Origin: an uncultured cyanobacterium
GTDB taxonomy: Bacteria > Cyanobacteriota > Cyanobacteriia > Cyanobacteriales > CAWCAG01
NCBI GenBank assembly: GCA_963803805.1
Contig: CAWDOD010000011.1
Span: forward strand, 704,001-768,000
Direction: 5' to 3'
DNA: 64,000 nucleotides
Shown here one piece after another: positions 1-13,754 of this stretch. Each line of letters opens with the position of its first letter. Within the stretch, counting starts at the first letter, position 1. The notes under the pieces are model-generated. The model did no database searches. It saw only the letters and a list, made by a program, of their open reading frames with translations, and was not told the DNA's origin. A program made the translations under genes and the position numbers.

Positions 1-141
1 TCAAACTATCTACAAAAATCAGGGATTGATACAATCAACTTTAACAACATCCGCAATTACGGATGGGGCTAAAAAACAACTATATGAAATTAGGAATAAC
101 GGCACTACATATAAATCACTCAATCCTCTAGCAACTAGCGA

Positions 142-798
142 TTAGCAACTAGCAACTAACAAACTCTCAGCCTCCACAATTTCCATTTCCCCTTCCTCAA
201 TTACCCAACAACGATCAGCAATTTTCGCTAACTCCCCAGGATCATGGGTAACAACCAACAACGTCCAATGATTTTTAAGTTTAGCTAACAGGTTAGCCAA
301 TTGTTGTCGCATTGACCAATCTAAGCCTGCTGTCGGCTCATCTAACATCAGTAAATTAGGTTGACGTACTAACTGAACAGCTAAAGCAAGACGGCGTTGT
401 TGTCCTCCACTTAAAGCATTAGGAGAATTATCATAGGAAAGATGTTGCAAGCCAACCTCTTGCAGGGCTTCCCTAACTTGTTGGTGACGCAATTCAGGAT
501 GACCGATACGCAATTCTTCTAAAATAGTGCTGCCGCAAAAATGCCTTTCGGGAAACTGGAAAACCAAGCCCCCTAAATATTGCAAATCCAAAGAAGTTAA
601 TTCTTGATTGCCCCAGAAAATTCCGCCTCCGGTTTTCTCAGCTAGTCCTGCCAAAATTTCTAATAAAGTGGTTTTCCCAGAGCCACTCTTACCGACAACC
701 ACACCTAATTGCTGAGGGGCTAATTCTAAATTAATACCTTTGAGGATAGGAACAGGTGTAGCTGGGGGATGATAGACCAGATTTTTGAGATAAAGCAT
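142..798 (-). CDS. ABC transporter ATP-binding protein (ECF/CbiO-like)
   Basis: Walker A GKSGSGKT, Q-loop VFQFPE, signature LSGGQ, Walker B LMLDEPT, H-loop VTHD; the last codons (LLVASC) come from TAGCAAC-type heptamer repeats. Confidence 0.9.
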   Translation of the reverse strand: MLYLKNLVYHPPATPVPILKGINLELAPQQLGVVVGKSGSGKTTLLEILAGLAEKTGGGIFWGNQELTSLDLQYLGGLVFQFPERHFCGSTILEELRIGHPELRHQQVREALQEVGLQHLSYDNSPNALSGGQQRRLALAVQLVRQPNLLMLDEPTAGLDWSMRQQLANLLAKLKNHWTLLVVTHDPGELAKIADRCWVIEEGEMEIVEAESLLVASC

Positions 799-1005
799 TT
801 ATTCAGTTATTCAGTGTAGGGGAGACTCGTTTTCCTGGTATTTTCGACAGACCGAAGTTTGAATTGGCTTGTCTTTCTATCAATTATCTATCTCGTTTAA
901 ATTAACACAATTGAATATGCTCTTGGCAAGATAAATGCCTGTGGAACCAGGAGATTAGGGGTTGCGTCAAGCCCTGTAAGAAATTAAATACAATAGAAAG
1001 GCAAC

Positions 1006-1109
1006 ATATAGCAGTTATTAATACCATGAGGTACTACCTAGGCTTTGGCTAATGGCTAATGGCTAATGGCTAATAGAAATGTACCTCAGTAGCTTGGAAA
1101 TTGCTATAT
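1006..1109. mobile_element. MITE-like element
   Basis: Terminal inverted repeats ATATAGCA...TGCTATAT, inner inverted pair TGAGGTAC/GTACCTCA, internal (TGGCTAA)x4. Confidence 0.65.
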
Positions 1110-1202
1110 TGTCTTAATTTAATGGCAGAAAAAACCCTACTTAATAAGTTGCCTTCTGGATAATTTCTTTAACAAGCAAACTTACAAACCATAAAATCAA
1201 CT

Positions 1203-2138
1203 ATGTCAAAAAGAATATCTTTTACTTTAGCTAGTTCCTTAACTGTAGCTCTTAGTCTTATGAGTAATCCCGCTTGGGCAGGAGATCCTTTCCGTCCTGG
1301 CAATCCTTATAATATGGGAGATAAGACAGAAGAAGCTTTTGATACTTTGTTCCGAGAAGGGAAATATCAAGAAGCGATTAAAGATTTACAAGAAGCAGAA
1401 AAAAGTGATCCTGATGAGCCTTTGGTTTATGCTTTGAGGGCTGCTTTGGCTTTTATGAACGAAGATTTATCTACCATGAATAGTTATGCTAAAAAAACTA
1501 TTCAAGTAGCAGATAATTTAGTAGATGCAGATGAAAATTCTTTACGAGGTAATCTCTATTTGGCTGTGGGCCATTTTTTAGAAGGAGCTTATCAATATAA
1601 AAATGATGGTCCGATTGGTGCTGTAACTAAATTACAAAAAGTCTTTGAATACCTTGATAAAGCAGAAGCAATTGACCCCAACGATCCAGAAATGAATATG
1701 TTGAAGGGTTATATGGAGCTTTTGTTAGCAGTTAATTTACCTTTTTCTAACCCCGAACAAGCAATAGAAAAGTTTGAAAATAAAGCTGCGCCAGAATTTC
1801 TTGTTGACCATGGTATTGCTGTTGCTTATCGTGATTTAGGTAATAAGAACGAAGACGATAATCGTGACAAAGCAATTAAATATTACGAAAAAGCTTTAGG
1901 TTATGTTGAACAATCTTTGAAAACTATACCTAATAACCCTGAAGTTGGTTATTTACGAGGACAAATTCTTTATAAGCTAGGGAAAAATCAGCAAGATGAA
2001 TCTTTGTTAGAAGAGGCTATTAAAGATTTTGAAAAAGCTTTAGCTAATGAACAACAACTACCTCCTTCTCGCATTAAGGCAATTAAACATGAAAGAATGG
2101 TAGCTGATAATAAATTGAAGGAGTTAAGAGGCTCTTAA
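1203..2138 (+). CDS. Exported TPR-repeat protein (Sll0314/Alr1548-like)
   Basis: Signal peptide ending AWA-GDPFR; TPR-like helical repeats ending DPNDP and IPNNP. Confidence 0.8.
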   Translation: MSKRISFTLASSLTVALSLMSNPAWAGDPFRPGNPYNMGDKTEEAFDTLFREGKYQEAIKDLQEAEKSDPDEPLVYALRAALAFMNEDLSTMNSYAKKTIQVADNLVDADENSLRGNLYLAVGHFLEGAYQYKNDGPIGAVTKLQKVFEYLDKAEAIDPNDPEMNMLKGYMELLLAVNLPFSNPEQAIEKFENKAAPEFLVDHGIAVAYRDLGNKNEDDNRDKAIKYYEKALGYVEQSLKTIPNNPEVGYLRGQILYKLGKNQQDESLLEEAIKDFEKALANEQQLPPSRIKAIKHERMVADNKLKELRGS

Positions 2139-2353
2139 ATATCTTTACCTAAAAAATAGCTAACTTCATTAAGAAAACTGGGTTTCTTTATTCTTCCACG
2201 CTACCAATAAGAATAGCCAAGAAGCCCAGCTTTCTATTGGTACTAACCAGAATCCTCTCCTCATCTGTTGGTATTAATTACAGTAATAGGGCTTACGATT
2301 ATAAACAACATATGATTAAATTAGCCTAATCTCCTGCCTATACCTTCCCGCCT

Positions 2354-3514
2354 ATGACTGCTGAGTTAAAACTCCCAAAAACCCAACGCCTCACCTCAAT
2401 TGACGTTTTCCGAGGTATAGCGATCGCCGGGATGATTTTGGTTAATAATCCAGGAAGTTGGGAACACGTTTATGCCCCCTTGCTCCATGCAGAATGGCAC
2501 GGTTTTACCCCTACAGATTTTGTCTTTCCCGCCTTTGTTTTCATTGCTGGGACATCAATAGCATTTTCTTTAGCTAAATATATTAAAGAGCAAAAACCGC
2601 CTCAAGAAGTCTACTTGCGCCTCTTAAAACGCTGTTTAATTCTGTTTGCTTTGGGTTTATTTCTTAATGCTTCTTCTGTCATCATGAATGCTCTTTTTAA
2701 AGGGGAATCCCTCAGCGAGTTAGCTAACCTCCGTATCATGGGAGTTTTACAGCGTATTAGCTTAGCTTACTTCTTTGCTGCTATTGCTATACTCAACTTG
2801 AAAAAGAAAACTCTGTGGATTTTATCAGGAGTCATCCTTTTAGGATACTGGGGCGCAATGATGCTCATTCCTGTACCTAATTATGGTGCAGGAAATCTTA
2901 GCTTAGAAGGAAACTTAGCTACTTATATTGATCGCCTAATTTTAGGTACTAAACATCTCTACATTAATGGTTTTGATCCTGAAGGACTATTTAGTACTCT
3001 CCCTGCTATCGTCACAGTTTGGTTAGGTTACTTTGCTGGAGATTGGATACGCCACCAACCCATTAAATCTCGTACTACTATTGGTTTAGTATTATTTGGT
3101 ATTGCTGCTTTAGTTATAGGCTGGTTTTGGGGCTTAAGTTTTCCTATTAATAAACAGTTATGGACTAGTTCTTATGTTTTATATAGTGCAGGTTGGGCTT
3201 CACTTCTATTAGCAGCTTGCTATGAATTAATTGAAGTTAGGAACATTCGTTCTTGGAGTTTTCCTTTCAAAGTGATGGGAATGAATGCCATTTTTATTTT
3301 TGTTCTCTCTGGTTTTATAGTTCGTATTCTCTACCGTACTAACATTGGTGCAGGAGAAGATGCACCAACTACCTATGCTTGGATTTATGAAACTTTCTTT
3401 GCTTCCTGGGCAGGAGCAATTAATGGTTCTTTGTTATTTGCTTTAGCTAGCGTTACGTTTTGGTGGCTAATTCTCTATTTTATGTATCGTCAACGTTGGT
3501 TTATTAAAGTCTAA
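2354..3514 (+). CDS. Membrane acyltransferase, HGSNAT/NagX-like
   Basis: Motifs RLTSIDVFRG, MILVNNPG, HAEWHG, GVLQRI, FDPEG, PINKQLWT; many transmembrane segments. Confidence 0.85.
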   Translation: MTAELKLPKTQRLTSIDVFRGIAIAGMILVNNPGSWEHVYAPLLHAEWHGFTPTDFVFPAFVFIAGTSIAFSLAKYIKEQKPPQEVYLRLLKRCLILFALGLFLNASSVIMNALFKGESLSELANLRIMGVLQRISLAYFFAAIAILNLKKKTLWILSGVILLGYWGAMMLIPVPNYGAGNLSLEGNLATYIDRLILGTKHLYINGFDPEGLFSTLPAIVTVWLGYFAGDWIRHQPIKSRTTIGLVLFGIAALVIGWFWGLSFPINKQLWTSSYVLYSAGWASLLLAACYELIEVRNIRSWSFPFKVMGMNAIFIFVLSGFIVRILYRTNIGAGEDAPTTYAWIYETFFASWAGAINGSLLFALASVTFWWLILYFMYRQRWFIKV

Positions 3515-3714
3515 TTTATTTACTTAGGCTGATTAAATAAAAACAAGTAATTGTTAATACTAACTGGATAAAATTATTGAGGCATTAGGGAAAACAGCGA
3601 TCTAAATCACAGATATCCAATTAATTTGTCACTTAAACTACATAGTTGCAATCGCGGATATGTAACAGCGAAAAGTAGATAGTAGTAAGTGACAAACAAA
3701 CGAGCTAAACAATC

Positions 3715-3894
3715 ATGAGAATTGATATTCAAGAATTGGTTACCCAAATTTTATCTTCACGTTGTATTTCCCTCCCAGAGAAGCAGTTAATGTCTTCTTT
3801 ATTGAATCAAGATAATCTCAAGGAAGAAGACAAAACTCTAATCGAGAGAGTTTTCTATGGGGTACGTCATGGAATTTTACGAGTAGTTGATTAA
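3715..3894 (+). CDS. Small hypothetical protein, 59 aa (below the ORF-track cutoff)
   Basis: Hand translation: MRIDIQELVTQILSSRCISLPEKQLMSSLLNQDNLKEEDKTLIERVFYGVRHGILRVVD*. Confidence 0.6.
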   Translation: MRIDIQELVTQILSSRCISLPEKQLMSSLLNQDNLKEEDKTLIERVFYGVRHGILRVVD

Positions 3895-4272
3895 TGAGTT
3901 GAGAATTAGTACTAATTATTTCCTCAAAACTCGCATACATTAAAGCGTTATTTTTGTCAAAAAAAGTTTTGAAATTTCCTCAAAAATTGTACGTTCTTGC
4001 ACCGGGATTAAAAGAGATTTTGAGAGTAAATACTAACCTTATCAACGATTTGTCTAGATTGTAGCGATTCGCTTGTGATTTTGGATACTAGTACACCAGA
4101 ATGATTTTTTCAACTATACCATAAAAACACATAAATGCGTCGTTTGAAGCGAATTTCTGGCCTTGACATTTTTTAAGTTGAAGTTATGTAAATTTAAAAT
4201 ATTTAATAGTTAAATCAACTTGCTCTTACTAAAACTTATATTAAACAAAGAGATTGCCAATCTTGCAGAAAA

Positions 4273-4304
4273 AATAGGGATGAAGTCTACACTCCATCCC
4301 TATT
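4273..4304 (-). terminator. Hairpin terminator downstream of apcE
   Basis: AATAGGGATG/CATCCCTATT stem about 30 nt past the apcE stop, followed by a U-run on the minus strand. Confidence 0.65.
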
Positions 4305-4333
4305 CTCAATTAATTCAAAGCCGACTCAACCAG

Positions 4334-7117
<2,784 letters not shown>

Positions 7118-7431
7118 CTATTCTTGCTCTAAGATTCCCCTCGTTATAGGAAGGGTGATTTTTCCGGACAATTTTCTAAAACGATATGTTTAATGTTTAA
7201 GTCAGTACTGTAGTCAGCTTTTAGATTAAAACTTTTCTTGCTTTCTGAGCGGGTTTATTAAGAAGTATGTCGTTTATTGGGTGGAAAATTTGCTTATAGC
7301 CAAAAATAGTGGTCAGACTATGAGCGAAAGATAAGAAATAATCTAGTCAAACTAATCTTATCCTCTTTATGGCCCTAGCAAGTTAACTTTTGCTACTGCC
7401 GCTCCCCATTTCCTACTCCCCCATTCAACTA

Positions 7432-8610
7432 ATGACCAATGAAACTACTCAGCGCGAGGCTGTTAAAAAACTTTACGACACTTATCCCTTTCCTCCTGAC
7501 CCTTTAATCGACGAACCACCTCCTGGTTATAATTGGCGTTGGCAGTGGTTAACTGCCTATAATTTTTGCACAGGACGTAAACCAACTCGTTCTAAGATTC
7601 GTATTTTAGATGCAGGTTGTGGCACAGGAGTTGGGACAGAATATCTTGTTCATCTCAACCCCGAAGCTGAGGTAGTAGCCATAGATTTAAGCGAAGGAGC
7701 TTTAGCTATGGCTAAAGAGCGTTGTCGCCGTTCTGGGACTGAAGGTGTGGAATTTCATCAGCTTAATCTTGAAGATGCCGCTCAACTACCAGGAGAATTT
7801 GAGTTCATTAACTGCGTAGGAGTGTTGCACCATCTGCCTGACCCCCATAAAGGGATTACTGCCATCGCCCAAAAGTTAGCCCCCGGCGGCTTGTTGCATA
7901 TCTTTGTTTATGCTGAATTAGGGCGTTGGGAAATCACCTTAATGCAAGAGGCGATCGCTTTACTTCAAGGAGACAAGAAAGGAGATTATCGGGATGGGGT
8001 TAAGGTGGGGCGAGAAATCTTTGCTAACCTACCGGAAAATAATCGTTTGGCTAAGCGAGAAAAAGAACGCTGGGCGATGGAAAATTTTAAGGATGAATGT
8101 TTCGCTGATATGTACGTTCATCCCCAAGAAACAGATTATCGCTTAGAAAATCTGTTTGAGTTGATTAAAGCTTCTGGTTTAGATTTTGTAGGCTTTTCTA
8201 ACCCTGAATATTGGGACTTAGGGAGATTGTTGGGGAAATCACCTGATTTGATGGCTAGGGCTGAAAAATTAACCGCTATGGAACGCTATCAATTGATTGA
8301 GAGGTTAGACCCAGAAATTACCCACTACGAATTTTTCTTGACCAAACCCCCCTTAGAAAAAATAGATTGGTCAGAGGATTCCTTGCTCAAATCAGCCATC
8401 CCTCAAAGAAATCCCTGTATGAATGGTTGGCCTAGCCAAAGTATCCTCAACCACAACTATCAAATGGCACAATTGTCTGCTGAGGAATTTGCCTTTCTCC
8501 AAGGCTGTGATGAAAATAAAAGTGTCGAAGACATCTTAAGCCAAGTCTCCCTAAGCTTAGAAGGAGTGCGATCACTCCAACAAAGACAACTGGTTATTCT
8601 GAGTATCTAA
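7432..8610 (+). CDS. Class I SAM-dependent methyltransferase
   Basis: ILDAGCGTG motif I, GVLHH; likely start ATG 7432; lies directly upstream of the atp operon. Confidence 0.85.
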   Translation: MTNETTQREAVKKLYDTYPFPPDPLIDEPPPGYNWRWQWLTAYNFCTGRKPTRSKIRILDAGCGTGVGTEYLVHLNPEAEVVAIDLSEGALAMAKERCRRSGTEGVEFHQLNLEDAAQLPGEFEFINCVGVLHHLPDPHKGITAIAQKLAPGGLLHIFVYAELGRWEITLMQEAIALLQGDKKGDYRDGVKVGREIFANLPENNRLAKREKERWAMENFKDECFADMYVHPQETDYRLENLFELIKASGLDFVGFSNPEYWDLGRLLGKSPDLMARAEKLTAMERYQLIERLDPEITHYEFFLTKPPLEKIDWSEDSLLKSAIPQRNPCMNGWPSQSILNHNYQMAQLSAEEFAFLQGCDENKSVEDILSQVSLSLEGVRSLQQRQLVILSI

Positions 8611-8745
8611 ACTAGCAACCCTCCTAAACTCGTAACTTTTCTTTCACAAATATTTAAGAATTGTCACTGTATCGTGATATTATTGCTGCTGGTTCGTGTT
8701 CTCATCGAACCAGAAAATCTGGACTAGCCTAAGCGCAAATAGAGC

Positions 8746-9168
8746 GTGAATCCGTCTAATCAAACCCTCGAAACACAGCCAGCCTCAGAAGACAATACCT
8801 CAGCAGATTCCATGCGAGAGTATTATCGACTGTTACAGACATTATTGTTAATAACTCTAGGTTTTACCGGAATTATTTGCTTATTTGTCTGGTTTTTTTA
8901 CTCTCTCAACATAGCTTTGAATTATTTAATTGGAGCTTGTGTGGGGGTAGTATATCTTAGGCTACTCGGCAAAAAAGTTGAGAGAATAGGCTCAGGAGGC
9001 GGACAGCGCCTTGGTTCTAGCCGAATAGCGCTTTTCGTTGGGCTAATCGTTGTTGCTACCCAGTGGCAACAGCTACAGGTTCTACCCATATTTCTTGGAT
9101 TTATGACTTATAAAGCCGCAATTATCGCCTATGTGCTGCAAACGACACTTTTGCCAGAGCAGAAGTAA
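8746..9168 (+). CDS. atpI: ATP synthase protein I (cyanobacterial atp1)
   Basis: Small multi-pass membrane protein with GFMTYKAA, first gene of the atp operon. Confidence 0.9.
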   Translation: MNPSNQTLETQPASEDNTSADSMREYYRLLQTLLLITLGFTGIICLFVWFFYSLNIALNYLIGACVGVVYLRLLGKKVERIGSGGGQRLGSSRIALFVGLIVVATQWQQLQVLPIFLGFMTYKAAIIAYVLQTTLLPEQK

Positions 9169-9255
9169 ATAGCAGTTATGGAGCTTAAATAATGCGGTCA
9201 CGAAAGAAATCCTTGATACAAACGTTTTGATATCTGGGGAAATAAGTTCAAAAGA

Positions 9256-10011
9256 ATGCAAATTTTAGATAGTTGGAGTATTCTCAATTCTTTCCCCCTC
9301 GCTGAATTAGAAGTTGGCAAGCATTTTTATTGGGAAATCGGCAATTTAAAAGTCCACGGTCAGGTATTTCTCACCTCCTGGATTGTAATTGGCCTCCTAT
9401 TAATTGCTTCATTGGCTGCCACAAGGAATATCCAAAGAATCCCTCAAGGTTTCCAAAACTTTATGGAATATGCTTTGGAATTTCTCAGAGATCTGGTCAA
9501 AAACCAGATTGGCGAAAAAGAATATCGGCCCTGGGTCCCGTTTGTAGGAACTTTGTTCTTATTTATTTTTGTAGCCAACTGGTCAGGGGCCCTTGTACCT
9601 TGGAAACTAATTGAGCTACCAGAAGGGGAATTAGCTGCTCCTACCAATGACATTAATACCACTGTAGCCTTAGCTTTACTTACTTCTTTGGCTTATTTCT
9701 ACGCTGGTTTTAAAAAGCGAGGTTTGGGTTATCTTGCCAAATATATTGAGCCAACGCCAATACTGTTGCCGATTAATATTTTGGAAGATTTCACTAAGCC
9801 TTTATCTTTAAGTTTCCGTCTGTTTGGTAACATCCTCGCAGACGAGCTAGTAGTAGCAGTTTTAGTACTTTTAGTACCCTTATTTATTCCTTTACCAGTA
9901 ATGGCTTTAGGACTATTTACTAGTGCCATTCAAGCACTAATTTTCGCCACCCTCGCTGCTGCTTACATTGGAGAAGCAATGGAAGGTCATGGGGGAGAGG
10001 AACACGATTAG
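9256..10011 (+). CDS. atpB: ATP synthase Fo subunit a (cyanobacterial atpI)
   Basis: [25 protein letters not shown]. Confidence 0.98.
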   Translation: MQILDSWSILNSFPLAELEVGKHFYWEIGNLKVHGQVFLTSWIVIGLLLIASLAATRNIQRIPQGFQNFMEYALEFLRDLVKNQIGEKEYRPWVPFVGTLFLFIFVANWSGALVPWKLIELPEGELAAPTNDINTTVALALLTSLAYFYAGFKKRGLGYLAKYIEPTPILLPINILEDFTKPLSLSFRLFGNILADELVVAVLVLLVPLFIPLPVMALGLFTSAIQALIFATLAAAYIGEAMEGHGGEEHD

Positions 10012-10102
10012 GGAGTTTCTCAAATCAAATCTTTTTCTCTAGCTTGGGAATTTTACTTTTTGAAGTCAAAATTTCCAGTGAGAGATTTACTCATTGTTTT
10101 AG

Positions 10103-10372
<270 letters not shown>

Positions 10373-10383
10373 ATCGTTACTCG

Positions 10384-10435
10384 GCACTCACTTGATGGGT
10401 AGAGGTAAAAACTTACTTGCCCATCAAGTGAGTGC
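10384..10435 (+). other. Strong intercistronic stem-loop after the subunit c gene
   Basis: Perfect 16-bp stem GCACTCACTTGATGGG/CCCATCAAGTGAGTGC, no U-tract. Confidence 0.75.
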
Positions 10436-10465
10436 TTATCGCAGACTTAAGGCACAAACTAAGGG

Positions 10466-10960
10466 ATGATGATATATTGGACAACTTTACTGGCTGCTGA
10501 AGCTGTTGAAACAACAGCAGAAGGGGGGCTTTTTGATTTTGATGCCACTTTACCTCTGATGGCAGTACAGTTTTTGATTTTAGTAGCCTTGCTCAATGTG
10601 GTTTTTTATAAACCTTTAGGGCAAGCAATTGATAGCCGCGCTGATTATATACGCAAAAAATTATCAGAGGCAGGAGAGCGACAGGGAAAAATCAAGACTC
10701 TCACTCAACAATATGAGCAAGAGTTAAAAGATGTACGTCGTAAATCTCAAGAAGCGATCGCCTCGGCTCAAGAAGAGGCCCAAAAAGTAGCAGCTAAACA
10801 AATCCAAGAGGCGCAGCAGGCAGTGCAAGCTGAAAGGGAACAAGCCGCTCAAGAGATTCAATCTCAAAAAGCAGAGGCATTGCAAACCCTAGAACAAGAT
10901 GTAGAGGCTTTGAGCCGCCAAATCTTAGAAAAGCTGTTAACACCTGAATTGGTTAGCTAG
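10466..10960 (+). CDS. atpF2: ATP synthase Fo subunit b' (cyanobacterial atpG)
   Basis: [17 protein letters not shown], one transmembrane helix then coiled coil. Confidence 0.95.
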   Translation: MMIYWTTLLAAEAVETTAEGGLFDFDATLPLMAVQFLILVALLNVVFYKPLGQAIDSRADYIRKKLSEAGERQGKIKTLTQQYEQELKDVRRKSQEAIASAQEEAQKVAAKQIQEAQQAVQAEREQAAQEIQSQKAEALQTLEQDVEALSRQILEKLLTPELVS

Positions 10961-11012
10961 CCAGTTGCCTAACTAACACTCTTTCAAATTTATAAAGTAA
11001 TCACAAGCACAA

Positions 11013-11564
11013 ATGGGTATCATGGGCAATTTTTCATACCTAGCTACTGCGGCGGCAGAAGTCGCCTCAGAAGAAGGCTTTGGTTTGAATTTCGACATTT
11101 TAGAGACTAATTTGCTCAACCTCGCCATTATTATCGGGGTACTATACTTCTTTGGACGTAAATTTTTAGGCAACATTCTCAGTGAAAGACGCTCTGAAAT
11201 AGAGTCAGAAATTAGTGAAGCTGAAAAAAAAGCCACTCAAGCAGCAGCATCTTTAGCTGATGCTCAACAAAAATTAGCTCAAGCTCAAGCAGAAGTAGAG
11301 CGAATTAAAGCAGCAGCAGATGAAAGTGCCAAAAAAGCCAAAGAAAGTATCTTAGCTCAGGCCAAGGTTGATGTAGAGCGTATTAAAGAAGGCGCTGTAC
11401 AAGATGTCAACACCGAAAGGGACAAAGCAATTTATCAGTTAAAACAGCAGGTTGCGGCCCTAGCAATTGAGCAAGTTGAGTCACATTTAAGAGAACGTCT
11501 TGATGATGATTCTCTCCAGCACAAGCTAATTGACCGTAGCATAGCTCAACTAGGAGGTAGTTAA
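11013..11564 (+). CDS. atpF: ATP synthase Fo subunit b
   Basis: FGLNFDILETNLLNL, transmembrane helix plus coiled coil. Confidence 0.96.
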   Translation: MGIMGNFSYLATAAAEVASEEGFGLNFDILETNLLNLAIIIGVLYFFGRKFLGNILSERRSEIESEISEAEKKATQAAASLADAQQKLAQAQAEVERIKAAADESAKKAKESILAQAKVDVERIKEGAVQDVNTERDKAIYQLKQQVAALAIEQVESHLRERLDDDSLQHKLIDRSIAQLGGS

Positions 11565-12123
11565 TGAAAAATAGTTTACTAAGCTCTAAGAATCGTTGAG
11601 CCTTATGCAGAAGCTTTGAATGGCCCTAGCCAAAGATAATGATCTTGTCGATAGCTTAGGGGAAGATATTAAAGCTTTAGAAAACTTACTTAAAGAATCA
11701 TCAGAATTAAATGGGTTTTTAAGCAATCCGGTTGTTAAAGAAGATAATAAAAAAGCAGTCTTAAATCAAGTTTTGGGGGAAGATACTAACAACTACCTCA
11801 AGAGCTTTTTGATGCTGCTTATAGACCGTAAACGCATCGTCTTTTTAGAAGAGATTTGTCAGCAATACTTAGATAAATTACGTCAAATGAAGGGGACTGT
11901 CTTAGCCACAGTAACCTCGGCGGCGGAATTAAACGAAGAGCAAAAAAATGCTGTCACTGACAAAGTTAAAAATATGACTAGTGCTGATTCTGTAGAACTA
12001 CAAACGGAAATTGACCCTAGCTTAATTGGTGGGGTAATTATTAAAGTGGGTTCCCAAGTTCTTGATGCCAGTCTTCGAGGGCAGTTGCGTCGTATTAGTA
12101 TGCGCTTAACTAGTCCTACCTAA
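11564..12123 (+). CDS. atpH: ATP synthase F1 subunit delta (cyanobacterial atpD); 5' end has two apparent +1 frameshifts
   Basis: C-terminal IDPSLIGGVIIKVGSQVLDASL; coupled start TAATG at 11562-11566; IVEPYAEAL is in another frame; the ORF track sees only 11620-12123. Confidence 0.93.
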
Positions 12124-12193
12124 ATTGTTATTGTCTCCTCAAGAGCAATGACAAATAAATTAACCACAAACAAGTAAGTTATTAACTAAAAAA

Positions 12194-13714
12194 ATGGTTG
12201 CCAGCATTAGACCAGACGAAATTAGTAATATTATTCGCCAACAAATTGAAGGCTATGACCAAGAAGTTCAAGTTGCCAATGTGGGAACAGTACTACAAAT
12301 TGGTGATGGTATTGCCCGGATCTATGGCTTAGAAAAAGCGATGGCAGGGGAATTACTTGAATTTGAAGATGGTACTATCGGCATTGCTCTTAACTTAGAA
12401 GAAGATAATGTCGGCGCAGTATTAATGGGTAATGGTCGCGACATTCAAGAAGGTAGCTCTGTTAAAGCGACCGGGAAAATTGCCCAAATTCCTGTAGGAG
12501 AAGCCATAATTGGTCGGGTAGTTGATTCTTTAGCTCGCCCCCTTGATGGCAAAGGAGATATTAATGCTACCGATAGTCGCCTGATTGAATCCTCTGCTCC
12601 TGGTATTATTGAACGTCGTTCTGTCTACGAACCAATGCAAACAGGCATTACCGCCATCGACGCGATGATTCCTGTTGGTAGAGGACAGCGAGAATTAATT
12701 ATTGGTGACAGACAAACAGGTAAAACAGCAGTAGCAGTAGACACAATTCTCAACCAAAAAGGAGAAGATGTTATTTGTGTTTATGTAGCTATTGGTCAAA
12801 AAGCTTCTACCGTAGCTCAAGTAGCTGGGGTGCTGGAAGAAAGAGGGGCTTTAGATTATACCGTGGTTGTGGCAGCAAATGCCAACGATCCGGCAACTCT
12901 ACAATACCTAGCCCCCTACACCGGAGCAGCTATTGCTGAGTACTTTATGTACAACGGTAAGGCAACTTTGGTTGTTTATGATGACCTTTCTAAACAAGCC
13001 CAAGCTTACCGCCAGATGTCTTTGTTACTACGTCGCCCACCGGGAAGGGAAGCTTATCCGGGAGACGTATTCTACCTTCACTCCCGCTTATTAGAAAGAG
13101 CAGCGAAGCTGAGTAATGAATTAGGGGAAGGTAGTATGACCGCTCTACCTATCATTGAAACCCAAGCTGGGGACGTTTCAGCTTACATTCCCACCAACGT
13201 AATTTCTATTACCGACGGGCAAATCTTCCTCTCTTCTGATCTTTTTAACGCTGGTTTCCGCCCCGCTATTAACGCTGGTATTTCTGTATCTAGGGTTGGT
13301 TCAGCCGCTCAAACCAAAGCGATGAAGCAGGTAGCGGGTAAATTGAAGTTAGAATTAGCTCAGTTTGCTGAATTAGAAGCATTTTCTCAGTTCGCTTCTG
13401 ACCTCGATGAAGCTACCCAGCAGCAACTAGCTAGGGGACAACGCCTGCGCCAAGTCCTTAAGCAGCCCCAATATGACCCACTTTCTGTAGCAGAACAAGT
13501 AGCAGTGGTTTACGCTGGGTTAAATGGCTATCTTGATGATCTTGAGCCGGAGAAAGTGCCTAGCTTTGCTCAAGGAATGCGGGATTACCTCAAAAATAGC
13601 AAGGCTAAATATACTGAAATAATTGCTTCTGAGAAGAAATTAACTGACGAAGCAGAGACTTTGCTTAAAGAAGCCATCACCGAGTATAAGCAAACCTTCT
13701 TGGCTGCTGCCTAG
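12194..13714 (+). CDS. atpA: ATP synthase F1 subunit alpha
   Basis: [21 protein letters not shown]. Confidence 0.99.
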   Translation: MVASIRPDEISNIIRQQIEGYDQEVQVANVGTVLQIGDGIARIYGLEKAMAGELLEFEDGTIGIALNLEEDNVGAVLMGNGRDIQEGSSVKATGKIAQIPVGEAIIGRVVDSLARPLDGKGDINATDSRLIESSAPGIIERRSVYEPMQTGITAIDAMIPVGRGQRELIIGDRQTGKTAVAVDTILNQKGEDVICVYVAIGQKASTVAQVAGVLEERGALDYTVVVAANANDPATLQYLAPYTGAAIAEYFMYNGKATLVVYDDLSKQAQAYRQMSLLLRRPPGREAYPGDVFYLHSRLLERAAKLSNELGEGSMTALPIIETQAGDVSAYIPTNVISITDGQIFLSSDLFNAGFRPAINAGISVSRVGSAAQTKAMKQVAGKLKLELAQFAELEAFSQFASDLDEATQQQLARGQRLRQVLKQPQYDPLSVAEQVAVVYAGLNGYLDDLEPEKVPSFAQGMRDYLKNSKAKYTEIIASEKKLTDEAETLLKEAITEYKQTFLAAA

Positions 13715-13754
13715 AGAGTTACCTAAATAATCCATGACAAGTGACCAATGACAA

